Positions 24,346 to 36,530 of a stretch of 64,000 nucleotides of DNA are shown piece by piece. The notes beneath the pieces are model-generated. The model had not been told where the DNA came from and made no database searches. It saw nothing but the letters and a program-made list of their open reading frames with translations. The position numbers and the translations under genes are program-made. Every line of letters starts with the position of its first letter. Within the stretch, counting starts at the first letter, position 1. This stretch comes from Negaprion brevirostris (taxonomy: Eukaryota), in NCBI GenBank assembly GCA_030324005.1, contig JARDVH010000150.1, forward strand, positions 22,755,822-22,819,821, in the 5' to 3' direction.

Positions 24346-24717
24346 ATTTTTTAAAATTAGAGGTTTTTTGCAGTGAGTCCTTTTTATTAATATATTTTTA
24401 TTGAAGATTTTTCCCATCTTTACAAACAACGCAACAAACCCTCAAGATTTGAGACGGTACAGCATAATTATTTTTCCACATGTACAGAACAAGACAGCAC
24501 CAGTGCAGCTGTTTTGAATTAGTCATCACAATCTACACCTCCAAAAATACTAACAATGAAGGAATGTTTCAGAGATTGGGGAAAAATAGGACAACAAGAT
24601 AAAACCATGAGTCCATGGCATAATGGTGCAAGCCCTCACTTACAGAATACTAGATTCAGAACCACGTAACTTACATTCCAGGATTTTCAAACTAGCTACA
24701 GCCATGGCGTATTCATG

Positions 24718-24822
24718 ATGTGGCGATGCCGACGTTGGGCTGGGGTAAACACAGCAAGAAGTCTCACAGCACCAAGTTAAAATCCAACAGGACTTTAACC
24801 TGGTGTTGTGAGACTTATAATA
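24718..24822. mobile_element. Penelope-like terminal fragment with internal inversion (copy 4)
   Basis: Perfect 11-bp direct repeat gcgtattcatg at 24707-24717 and 24823-24833; aagtctcacagcaccaagttaaaatcc followed by its near inverse ggactttaacctggtgttgtgagactt. Confidence 0.75.
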
Positions 24823-25684
24823 GCGTATTCATGCAAGGAGAATATAGGACATTAGCACAAGTATAGGAAACGCTGAACAGCCAAAGATTCTTGCATTGTG
24901 CATAGGCACGCTTCAAAGCATACTTCCCCATCTCCAGCTATATCAGGAGTGCGACTGATGCAAAACATTCTCCCCCAAAAAATACAAAGTCCTGAACTCG
25001 CATGAAAACTGGAGTAAATGATGCCGGTTTTTTAAGCGGGAATTTCAAAATGAACCTCCCAGGCTCAGTACCCCGCAGAGTGCGCTGTTGTAAGTCGCAC
25101 TGAAAATTTAGTGGGAGGGCCTATTCCCATTGGAGAGGCCGGCAGCATAGCACTGAGCAGGCCACTACACCAGGCGCCAATCTGTCAGCGTCGAGATCGG
25201 CACATGCACAATGACCCCCTGTCTTTTCCCAGTTTTTCTTCGAATCATTCCGTGACATCTTTGACATCCATCGGAGAAGGCGGATGAAACCTTGGTCCAG
25301 ATTAGATTCACCACTCAAGTAACTGGAATGGGATATGAACACATAACCTTTTGAAGGTGATACCATTGAACTGAAAGCAGTCCCAGTGGAACACAACTGA
25401 CTGGCTATTACCTCGAAATTAAACCCAATCAGGTCAAGAATAGTTTATGTATGCAAATTTGCCACTCAGAGAAGAAATGGAAGTCACTGTCAGCGATTGA
25501 CACACTCAAAGAGGGTTTCCTTACAGATGCAAATATTAAAATATTTCATTTCATAATAAATGTCTCCTGAGACAGTAATGGGACTGCTAACCACATTCTC
25601 AACTATTTCAAAAACTAGGGGCTTCTTCAAAGAAGCTCCCCTTCACTTCAATGGAATTGAGGGGAATTTCTAGACAGCTGTCCT

Positions 25685-26056
25685 AGAATCATAGAAACCG
25701 TACAGTGCAGGAGGAGGCCATTCAGCCCATCAAACTTGCACCGACAACAATCCCACCCATGCCTTATCCCCGCAACCCCACACATTTACCCTGTTATTCC
25801 CCCTGGACTCTAAGGGGCAATTTCTCGTGGCCAATCCATCTAACCCGCACATCTTTAGAATATGACTTNNNNNNNNNNNNNNNNNNNNNNNNNNNNNNNN
25901 NNNNNNNNNNNNNNNNNNNNNNNNNNNNNNNNNNNNNNNNNNNNNNNNNNNNNNNNNNNNNNNNNNNNGATCTTATTGAATGGCGGGGCAGGCTCGAAGG
26001 GCTAGATGGCCTACTCCTGCTCCTATTTCTTATGTTCTTATTTTGTTCTTATGTTC
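25685..26056. mobile_element. HE1 SINE tail (minus) and CR1 3' end (plus) separated by a gap
   Basis: tagaatcatagaa..tacagtgcaggaggaggccattcagccc on the left; gaatggcggggcaggctcgaaggg...cttatgttctt on the right. Confidence 0.8.
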
Positions 26057-26334
26057 ATCATGCTTGCATTAGGACCACTATTCTCTTTGATATATGTTAA
26101 TAAACTAGATTTGAATATGAGGGCACAATATATTTTTATTTGTATGGATGGAGAAGCAATTATAGTTTGATGCCAAGATTAACAACCCATTCAATGACTT
26201 CAGCTGACATAGTATGAATGGTGCAATGCCATCAGGAATGGATCTCTTTGGGCTGAAGTTCAATGTATGGCCAATGGTCTGATTTGGATAGCCAGAATCA
26301 CAATTTGAGCTGGTCCTCATGTTCTATTTGTGGA

Positions 26335-27020
26335 GCAAGTAGCCACATCAAGTGTCTACATCAACAGGGATGAAGTAGAAATGGTTGAGAACTTCACGTT
26401 TTTAGGTGTCCCGAACACTAACAACCTGTCTTGATCCCCCATGCTAACTCTATAATTACGAAAGCCCAATGCCTCTGCTTTCTCAGAAAACTACGGAAAT
26501 TTGCCAAGTCAGCTATAACACTCACCAACTTTTACAGATGTACCATAGAAAGCATTCTTTCTGGCTGTATCACAGCTTGGTATGGCTCCTGCCCAAGACC
26601 ACAAAGAACTACAAAAGGTCATGAATATAGGCCAATCCATCATGCAAACCAACTTCCCATCCCATTGGGTCTGTCTGCATTTCCTGCTGCCTCGGCAAAC
26701 CAACCAGCATACTTAAGGACCCCACACACCCTGGACATTCTCTCTTCCACCTTCTTCCATCCAGAAAAAGATACAAAAGTCTGAGGTCACCTACCAATTG
26801 ACTCAAGAGCAGTTCCTTTCCTGCTGCCGTCGGACTTTTGAATGGAACTACCTTGCATTAATTTGATTTTTCTCTACTCCCTAGCTACGGCTGTAACATT
26901 ACATTCTGCACTCTCTCATTTCCTTCTCTATGAATGGTATGCTTTGTCTGTATAGCACACAAGAAACAATACTTTTCACTGTATGCTAATACATGTGACA
27001 ATAATAAATCAAATCAAATA
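26335..27020 (+). mobile_element. Rex1/Babar-type LINE 3' fragment (decayed RT C-terminus and tail)
   Basis: Translates KAQ-CLCFLRKLRKF...LTNFYRCTIESILSGCITAWYGSC; ends catgtgacaataataaatcaaatcaaat. Confidence 0.85.
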
Positions 27021-27377
27021 CATTTATAAGTCAAAGATCAACAAATAAAGCCCTCCCACCTCTCCCAGAAAACTTCAGAGAATTCGTTAGGAACTAAAAC
27101 TTCTTAATGTTATAGAAATGTTGCCACATAGAGGGATAAAGGAACCCTTATTGTATCATTTTTACACAAATTGATTGATTAATTTAGGGTTGAGTTAATT
27201 CATTCATAATGGAGGCAATTAATATTCACTGGAATACAGAAAGTAAGACTTTCATTCGTGATGTATAAAAAAACATTTGCCCCATCAAAACAGATCTATC
27301 ACATTAACATACTCACCACAGGGATGCCACTGTATTCTAAACAAACGTGTGCTAGGGCATCTAATTAGCTCTTCCAC

Positions 27378-27500
27378 ATCAGTTTGGCTGAGTGGTAGTA
27401 CTCACCTCTGAGTCAGTAGATTGTGTGGTAAAGCCCCATTCCAGAGCTTGAGCATATTGTGTAGGCCGACAAGTCTAGAGAATTAGTTAGGACTGTGCAA
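27378..27500 (+). mobile_element. SacSINE/DeuSINE-like head fragment
   Basis: ggctgagtggtagtactcacctctgagtcag.agattgtg...aagccccattccagagcttgagca. Confidence 0.55.
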
Positions 27501-28404
27501 TCAGTGCAGCAGCATGGAGCTCGGAGTTGATCCAACAAAAGGACACCCACACAATGCCTACACCTACCTGCTCCCTGATCATTTTGTTAACTATTTTTGT
27601 GATAGCTATGGCACTTACACAATCAGACCTATGCAGATTTGACACCAGATTAAGTAGGTAGTATTTAGTATCATTGTATAGTAAAATGTAAACGGAACTA
27701 AACTGAGTCGCTGCAAGGCAGACACTGCTGCTGTAGGGTTACAGCAATGTCAAAAATTCAATTTTTTGATGAAATCTTGAAGATTTAATGTTGCTATTTG
27801 AAGTAGAATTCTAGGGAAAGGAGTTCTACCAGTTTGTTGGCTAAAGCAGCAATAGTTATATTCCTTAAAGGGTTAAATTAAGTCTGTTGAATAGATTTTA
27901 AATGAAATTCAAATAAAAGTGTATACATACTATTAAACTAAATTACCCTTTTTAAAACTTTTATCTTCATGGATCAATCTATAGTTATACGTCCAACAGC
28001 TGCAGAGCCTACAGGAATTATACCTATCTTTCTACATGTCGTACGAAAGCACTAGTGTTGAGAATTTATTCAAAAACATACACTCAGCAGTACAGGAAAT
28101 GCCTGCTAATTACTGTAACTGAGACATCTCCTATTCTTTGTAGGGAAGCATGGAAAAGGCCAGGCCTTAATACACAATTGCCATCAATGCCAATCCATTT
28201 GAATAGTAGTGGCATGATCCAAGAGATGTAAATTATATAATGTCAGTTCTTCCTTTCCTTCACACAGAGATGGAACATTTAACAAATAGCAGCCCAATCA
28301 GAGCTTTCAAGATTCATCTGGCTAATGTTGGTAGAGTCAAGGGCGGTGGTGAAAATGCAACATCACTGGGCCACCTATTTCAAATATTTTAAGAGGGGAA
28401 GGTT

Positions 28405-28720
28405 GAAAAAGAACTTGCATTTATATAGTGCCTTTCATGCCTTCAGGACCTCCCAAAGTGTAATGCTGTTGGTAATTGACTTTTGTCATGCTCCCATTCT
28501 CGTTACTTAAGCAAATGTGGCAGCCAAATTGTTTACAATATGATCCCACAGGCACCAAATGAGCAAAGTGATCAGTTCGTCCTTTTAGTGGTATTAGTTG
28601 AAGGGAAAATGCTGGCCATAACACTTGGGCTTCCCTGCTTTTCTCTGTTTAATGCATTGTGATCAATTACGTCCATCTGCAGAAACAGCCAGGATCTCAA
28701 TTTAAACTAAGGTCTTATCC
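28405..28720 (-). mobile_element. SacSINE/DeuSINE-like or L2-tail fragment
   Basis: aacttgcatttatatagtgcctttcat..cttcaggacctcccaaagtg...gcagccaaattgt..aca; related piece at about 53690-54010. Confidence 0.6.
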
Positions 28721-29469
28721 GTTGATTATGAAGATTATGAAGATGTGCACAAAAATTTGAAAATTCCACCTGAAAGGCAGTAGCTAATCCATAAAGTATC
28801 AAAGGTAAAAACAATAACTGTGTAATCTTTCAGCTACATCCGAGTATTTCTGATTGTAGGCATTCTACTGGCATGTTGCCGTTTTCCTACAATCTTTAGA
28901 AGGTTCGAAAAGTTGTAAAACTTCCTCTGCTTGAGTGCAACACGGCCTCAACTTCATATCTGTATCCTTCACTATTGTTTCCTCACTCCCAACTAGCTCT
29001 TAACAAATGCCATCGCAAATTGGTAACTAACTGTCCAAAGATAGTTCCCAAGAGAGTGAAATTATATAAGGAGAAGCAAAGAGGAAAATGGAGAGTGCTA
29101 AAAAAAGAGCAAGAGATGCTCACAAAGGTTCCCCAGGAGCTACTAGAACCTTACTCCTTCAATTTGTTATGTTGAATCTATAAGGTCGAAGTCTCTTTAA
29201 TGTTGCAGCAAATCAAGCAGTAGGATGTAGATCAACAATCACATTTCCCAAGGCAATTTGGTTCTTGTCTTGGCTACAAGGATGAGGGCTAACTGCTCCT
29301 TCATTGTTTTCGGTTAAATCACGGAACTAGGAGTTCTTGACTGTCTTGAAGGTTGAAACAGACCAGTGGACTGGTTTAGTGCTAAGGATTTTTTAATACA
29401 CATTAAAAAATGTGTATTTTTTATGGTGGTCTATGGTTTTTTATGGAGGTCTAATGTGTAATGTACGTG

Positions 29470-29996
29470 TAGAACATAGAATCCCTAAAGTGCAGAAGCA
29501 GGCCACTTGACCCATCGAATCTGCACTGACTCATTTTACCCAGGGGCTATTCCCGTAACCACATGCATTCACCTCACCAATCCCCCCAACCCACACATCT
29601 TGGGTCACTAAAGGGCAGGTAACATGGCCAATCCACCTAACTCGCATATCTTTAGACTGTGGGAGGAAACGGTAGCACAATGGTTAGCACTGCTGCTTCA
29701 CAGCTCCAGTGATCTGGGTTTGATTCCTGGCTCGGGTCACTGAATGTGTGGAGTTTGCACATTCTCCTCGTGTCTGTATGGGTTTACTCCGGTTTCCTCC
29801 CACATGATGTGCGGGTTAGGTCGATTGGCCATGCTAAGAAATTGCTCCTTAGTGTCCTGGGATGCGTAGGTTAGAGGGATTAGTGGGTAAAATATGTAGA
29901 AATATGGGGTAGGGCCTGGGTGGGATTGTGGTCGGTGCAGACTCGATGGGCTGAACGGCCTCTCTCTGTACTGTAGGGTTTTTATGATTTCTATGA
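29470..29996. mobile_element. Fused inverted HE1 SINE pair (minus partial 29470-29670, plus near-full 29671-29996)
   Basis: Minus copy stops at gtgggaggaaac and abuts ggtagcacaatggttagcactgctgc of the plus copy. Confidence 0.85.
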
Positions 29997-30568
29997 AAAA
30001 AGAAGTGCAACTGTGTAAATGATCATCAGATCAATAACTAAGTTTAATATTGTGGCATTGTATTTATTGTTTGCATGTTTGTGAATTTTTTTTCTTACAA
30101 TACATTTAATTGTAACATAGATTTGACTTTATGATCTGATGGGGGAGTATTTGTGGATAACAATATGGCACCCAGTGGTATCCCTTACAATTTTTTCAAT
30201 GACTTGATAAGTGGGAAATTATTAATTTTGTAGCACAACTTTTAAATACCACACACATTTGGAAGCTTTGAGGCATAGCACGGATCTTCCTAAAGCTGCT
30301 TTTAATGGTGAACATGGGAATAAAGACCATGATGTGGGAAGGTGTGATGGGCTTATACCAGAGAAGCCAAGTAACATTTTTAAAAATGTTTTATCCCATC
30401 CAAAATACCAAATTCAAATTGAATCCCATTCATGATCACCACAGGAGAGACAAACCAGATTCACGCTGATAAGACACAGATATACAGCCCACCTTGGGCT
30501 TTATCAAACAAGATCCAAGCTGACAAGATGAGGCATTGCATCCCCTCCCAGACTTGGTCTAACGGTTC

Positions 30569-30584
30569 ATCTTAGCCAAAAGGC
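30569..30584 (-). ncRNA. U2 snRNA 5' fragment (pseudogene or retroelement head), not a functional U2 gene
   Basis: Minus strand GCCTTTTGGCTAAGAT is identical to U2 nt 12-27 (recalled sequence); the rest of U2 is absent. Confidence 0.55.
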
Positions 30585-31481
30585 TTTGAAAAATTGCATC
30601 AGGCGATGCTGTGGTTTAATTTCTTCGGCCAGCCTGATCATTGCCTCCACCTGAGTCTGGGCAAACCACCTGCATGGTTACAGTTTCACCCCTGCCAGTT
30701 AAATGTGGGATACTTAATTAAGGCTGCCCCTAGGAGCCAAACAACATTGCCTAAATGTGACTTGGCAGAGCAAACGGCACTCCTCAAATAGCTCTGTCCA
30801 CCCCCAACCCCATCCTCCAGCCCCCACCCCCAATCCCATCCTCCAGCCCCCCCCACAAGCCCTCCCCAATTCCATATGTGGAATTCAATTCTATCTACTA
30901 GAAATAAATAATCGCTAATAGCATTTTCACGCTGACTCTGGACTCTCTTATAATAAACCACAATTGCTAAACTTTGCTTTCATAAATTGCAAAATTCACT
31001 GCTGTCAGCATTATTGAAAATAATATTATATTGCTTGCTCATCCAAGAATTAACAGCAATCTTTCCTCTTACAGAAAAGAATCATGCATGATAAAAGATG
31101 ATAAATGCTCTATAATAATTGTGTTAGTGTAAATTCAAGTGGGGAATGTCCATGTGATACACGTGACACACAGAGTTGAGGTCACAGAAGTTAAGTAACT
31201 GTTTTTGACTGGGAAAACTTACCAAAAAGGTTCAGTTGTAATTCAACACAAAGTTGAAATAAGGTCAACTTAAAGTTATGTCAGCCCTAAAAGAAATATG
31301 TTATCGTGTTAACTGTAATGTAAATCTGGTTTGTGGTAGTGTTTTGGCATCTAGAGGCAACATGGGTTACGGCAGATAACATGCTGTATCACCCACACTG
31401 AGTTTCACACTAACAGTTCTACCCACAAGAAAGGAATAGCTACTTCCCGTCCTTCGTCTTCCCGTCATCAGACAGATACAG

Positions 31482-31938
31482 GGGGTGCCAGTTTAAGCAC
31501 ATGTACATCCTCTTCTCTGTGACCTTTCCCCTCCCACGGATTCCTGTTTGGGTGTCTTGTGCAATGCTTCTGTGTCCACTTTCTCAGCAGCACAGATTAT
31601 TCGGTCATCGTGCAACAGTTAAAAATTACTGCAACTATGCTTTGCGAACTTTCCAGTGACTTTTTCTGCTATCAGTTAACCACATCAAGAGTTCAGTTTT
31701 CTGGGGAATTTTAGATCCAGCAGCTGTAACACCACTGTAGAATATCTCGAAAGTCACAACCAGTTTTAGCTCACTTAGAATGTCTGTGGAGGCTGTAGTG
31801 CAAGACTGGGGTGCCAGTTTAAGCACATGTACATCCTCTTCTCTGTGACCTTTCCCCTCCCACAGATTTCTTTTTGGGAATCTTATGCAATGCTTCCCTT
31901 TCTGAGCTGCACAGATTATTCTGTCATCGTGCAATAGG
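31482..31938. repeat. Local direct duplication of ~135 bp (31482-31618 and 31808-31937)
   Basis: Both begin ggggtgccagtttaagcacatgtacatcctcttctctgtgacctttcccctcccac and end cacagattattc.gtcatcgtgcaa. Confidence 0.9.
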
Positions 31939-32137
31939 GTAGTAAATTCACTTAAAGCCATTCAAGTGCATTTATTGTATTAAAAGTATGCGTGCAGATG
32001 TATGTGAATTGGATCGTAATATTTTTGAAAGCAGACTTACTTAATGTCTTTCTAAATCTGTCTCAGTAATAAATTATTTCCCTGTCACTTACAAATGTAG
32101 TTTCAAACTGCCAAAACTTTGGTCTTGCATTTGCCCA

Positions 32138-32378
32138 GGGTGGCACGGTGGCACATTGGTGTTTCCTCTTACAGTCCAAAGATGTGCAGTTTAGGTGGAC
32201 AGGCCATGCTAAATTGTCCCTTAGTATCCCAAGATTGGTGAATTAGTCATGGTAAATGTGTGGGGTTACAGGGATAGGATGGAAGGGTAGGCCAGAGTGG
32301 GATGCTCTTTGGAAGAGTCGGTGCAGACTCAATGAACTGTAGGTCTCTTTCTGCAGTGTATGGATCCCATGGTTCTAT
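32138..32378 (+). mobile_element. Internally deleted HE1 SINE
   Basis: gggtggcacggtggcaca head joined to cagtccaaagatgtgcag...ggtgcagactcaatg. Confidence 0.75.
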
Positions 32379-35189
32379 TTTGCAGCTGCTGCTTTTCTCA
32401 GCTTTTCCAACTCCTCTACCATTGATGGACCTAGGCCAATGGAGACCCTTATTCTTTCTCATCTAGGTGTTCTTTCTCATATGTGTTCAATAATCAAAGG
32501 AGCACAGACTTGAAAGTACCTGACACACAACTGCTTTAGCTACCCATCTCCAGATATGCATAAATCATATCAAGCACAATAGGCCTCACTCTCACATACC
32601 AAAACTACCAANNNNNNNNNNNNNNNNNNNNNNNNNNNNNNNNNNNNNNNNNNNNNNNNNNNNNNNATTAACAATCTCCTTAAACCTGCTACCCAGCCTC
32701 CTCTGCACTTGTGTTCATCAAACTCAAGGAGATAATGGACTTCTTTGTCACAAGGATTGAGACGATCCTTTCAGCTGCCTCTGCTGTACCACCACCAGCC
32801 TCAGCCCTTTCCCTACACCATACTGAGGTTGTGAAAGGTTTTATGTCAATGCAAGTTCATTCATCCCTAAACACTTCAAAATTAAAATTCATATCCTCAA
32901 ATTTAAATCTTTCTCCTTCCTATTTCTGCAACCTCCCAGACACTTTTCTTCTTCAGATTCTGCCTTTTGTGCACCTCTAACCCATTGTGCCAGCATTGGT
33001 GACCATGCTTTGGACACAGGAATTCCGTCCCAAATAGTGTTTCAGGAGTAGGTGCTAAGCTGTTCTGTGCAGTGCTGCCAATTGTCCACATGAGATAACT
33101 ATCTTCAGAATCCTTTTGTGTTTGACATGTTGATACATACAAGCTTGCACTCTCACATTAGTACCAAGTGAGCTGTTAGAAAGATAACTAAGCCTTTTGA
33201 TGTGCAAGTCAGGTGTCAAAAGTAATCAATTCACCAGCAGACTTTAAGTCAGTGACCTACCTGAATGAACCATTTATTAGCAACATAACCGTCTGCATAA
33301 TGGTTAAATAATTGTTTGACTGCATTGTACTCTGCTTTAAGAGGGATACTTCAAGCTGGAGTTGTTTTCTCAAGTTTCGCAAGTTCCCAGTTCCCTTGGT
33401 TCAGTTGTTTGTTTCTATGTTGCAGGTCAGACAGGACTTCACTGAAGCAATTCTGCTACAAGGGTGTTCAGAGGGGTAAAGATAATTGCATTGGAAATTG
33501 CATTGCAGTCATGGGGGGCACAACAGAATAAAATGTCTTGCTGTACCACAAGAATAAGGGTGAGAAAATGGGTGGAAACAATAAAAGATGAAAATAGCCT
33601 TGAAACTGAGGGGAAGACAAAAGGGAAATGCTCTAAATGACTACTTGCTCCAAGTATTCACAAGGGACAATTTCAGAAACATGCCCCTCAAAACAAATGG
33701 TGCTGGGATCAGTTCAGCCTACCTGTAAAACTAATGCCCAACTGTGACACTGGCGTCGTGAGGCACTGTGAGAAAACCTAGCATTCAAAGGGAAGCTATA
33801 TTGAGAGTTTCACAGGAATCTCCAGCAAAGATATTCATGATATCAGTGTAGAGTTTTGTCATGTCCAGTACTGACACATTTAATTCTGAACTCCAGACAG
33901 ATTCTTAAATTGGGACGTAAAAGGTTGAAAAAGTGGCTGCCCAAGAGCCTGCTCAACCACAACCCTCTCAAGAGGGGAGAAAGGAACATTCCAGACCTAT
34001 GTTGTATCGATGCCCTTTCCTGCAACTAATCCAAAAAGCTATTATCAATTTGAGTGGGTCATTCAAACATAAAGACACTGGGGTGAATTTTATTGTCCCA
34101 CTCGCTATGGGAATTGGAATGGGCTTCGGCCAGATCATGGAAAGGTCCATTGAACTCGGGCAGGATTTTACGGCTTTGGGGCGAGTGTGGCTGTAAAACC
34201 CCACCCACTGTCTCAAANNNNNNNNNNNNNNNNNNNNNNNNNNNNNNNNNNNNNNNNNNNNNNNNNNNNNNNNNNNNNNNNNNNNNNNNNNNNNNNNNNN
34301 NNNNNNNNNNNNNNNNNTCAAACCCTCAAAATGTTAAACAACAACACAGTATTTATAATCAACATCAACATCACCCCCTTATTTGGAATAGTACAACTTC
34401 AGAATCTCAGTTACAAGATGAGGAAGATATCATGTTGTCTGCTTTTAAAGTCTACAAGAATCTGTTTACAGAAGCTGTAACAGCAAGCTACCTGTTTACA
34501 ATCTTTATGTGTGTGGGCGTATGTCTGAAAGGATGTGTGAAATGACACATTTAATTCAGGGTGTGTGAGAATAAATAGCCTTCTTTATTTTAAAATTTAC
34601 TGAAGCTTGCTGCTGAATTACTTAATCAGAGAGCCACTCTTTGATAGTAAGAAACACACCTCTTAAATACGGTCATATTGATCACTGGCAGTGAAGGGAT
34701 CAGTGTGTTCAGGCATTAGCTCTATAGTCAGTCTTAATTAAGGGTCTTATCATTATTATTTGCTATGCTTGGTTGGTGATGAGTACCTAGGGGCTGGTAA
34801 CCTCTAAAATTATGTTATTGCAATGTTTAACTTAATGACACTGAAGAGGCAATGATACAAAAGGAAGAGGAATTTGAATTTTGATCTATGATCTCAAGTG
34901 CTCTGAAAAGTAACTTACTAATTTAGTGAGTTTAGAATCATATTTTGACTCCAGACCATTGAAATTGAAGAGTTAATCTGTCTTGCTGATGGGATTGACA
35001 GGTGCGCATGTTACTTTTTGTTCATTTTCCACAACCTAGTATCATGTTGGTCGTTATATGGCAAATGGATGCACGCTGTGATGAACTCTGCATACTGGGG
35101 CCTGATGATTGGTAAGATCAAAATAGCCTGCACACAGATGGGTATCATTTTGCCACTAAATTTCTTATCAGTCTTAAATTCTATAGCAA

Positions 35190-36060
35190 TCTTAAAAACA
35201 TATCAAATAGGAGTAGAGCAAAATGTTATGAGCTCTTGAGATTTCTCCACCGTCCAGTAAGATCATGATTGACTTTTAACATTAGGTTAACTTTTCCACC
35301 CTTTCCCCATATTCTTTGCTACCCTTTGTGACTGAAATCTATTGATCGTTGCATTGATCAACAAAGCATCTACAGTCCTCTGGTGTACAACATTCTAGAG
35401 ATGCACAACACTGAGTGATTATTGGTTCATCTTCTACGTCAGCTCTGCCTTCCCACACTATTCCCATATCGACTGATTCCCTTAATATCCCAAAATTTAT
35501 CGATTTTCTTCTTGGATAGTTCAGAATTCACCAACCAGGGGAAACAATCTCTCAGAATCCACCCTGTCATGTCTTCTAAGAATTTCAATGAGACCACCTC
35601 TCATTTTTCTAAACTCTGGGGAATACAAGTACATTCTGTCGAACAGCAGAAAATACAGATCCATTCTACTCAATCTCTTCTCACATCCCAGGAATTAATC
35701 TAGTGAGTCTTTGTTACATCCCTTGAAGGCAAGTGTACTTTTCTTAAGTAAGGAGATGAAAACCATATACTAGGCACCCTGCATAATTGCAGCAAGACTT
35801 CTTTACTTCCTTGCAATAAGGGCTAACATACCATTTGTCTTTATAATTGCTTGCTGTTAACATTCTGTGATTTGTGTACAGGGCAAAAAGTCTCTTGCAG
35901 TGTAAATATTTATTAGTCTCCCACCTTTTAAAAACCATTAACTTTAACATTCTTCCTTCCGAAGTGGATAATTTCACACTTTCTCAGATTATACTCCATC
36001 TGTCACCTTCTGCACAATCACTTAACTGATCTGCATCCCTTTGCAGCCTCTTTGCATCAT
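35190..36060 (-). mobile_element. Decayed CR1 3' region
   Basis: aaacatatcaaataggagtagag tail; cttgcaataagggctaacataccatttg; aagtggataatttcacacttt..cagattatactccatctg. Confidence 0.7.
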
Positions 36061-36139
36061 TCACTCAGCTCACTTTCCCAATTGCGAGTGGCCTCAGAAC
36101 AGGAGTGAGACCAAGGCAACAGGGGGGAACGGGGATGAC

Positions 36140-36476
36140 TGGCATGTGAGAGAGAGGGTAGAAGGTTTGTGTGCCTATGTGTGGTGTGCCTGAGGAAGAG
36201 AGTGGTGAGTATCTGTGAGAGAGAGTGATGCAATGGTGTGTGATTTGTGTGTGACAGAAGGAGGTGAGAGTGTGTGTGAGAGATAAAGGTGAGTGAGTGC
36301 ATATGAGAGAGTGATGCGAGTGTATATGTGAAAGGAGAGGTTGTGTGTGAGAGAAAGAGGTAGGTGTGTGTGAGAGNNNNNNNNNNNNNNNNNNNNNNNN
36401 NNNNNNNNNNNNNNNNNNNNNNNNNNNNNNNNNNNNNNNNNNNNNNNNNNNNNNNNNNNNNNNNNNNNNNNNNNNN

Positions 36477-36530
<54 letters not shown>

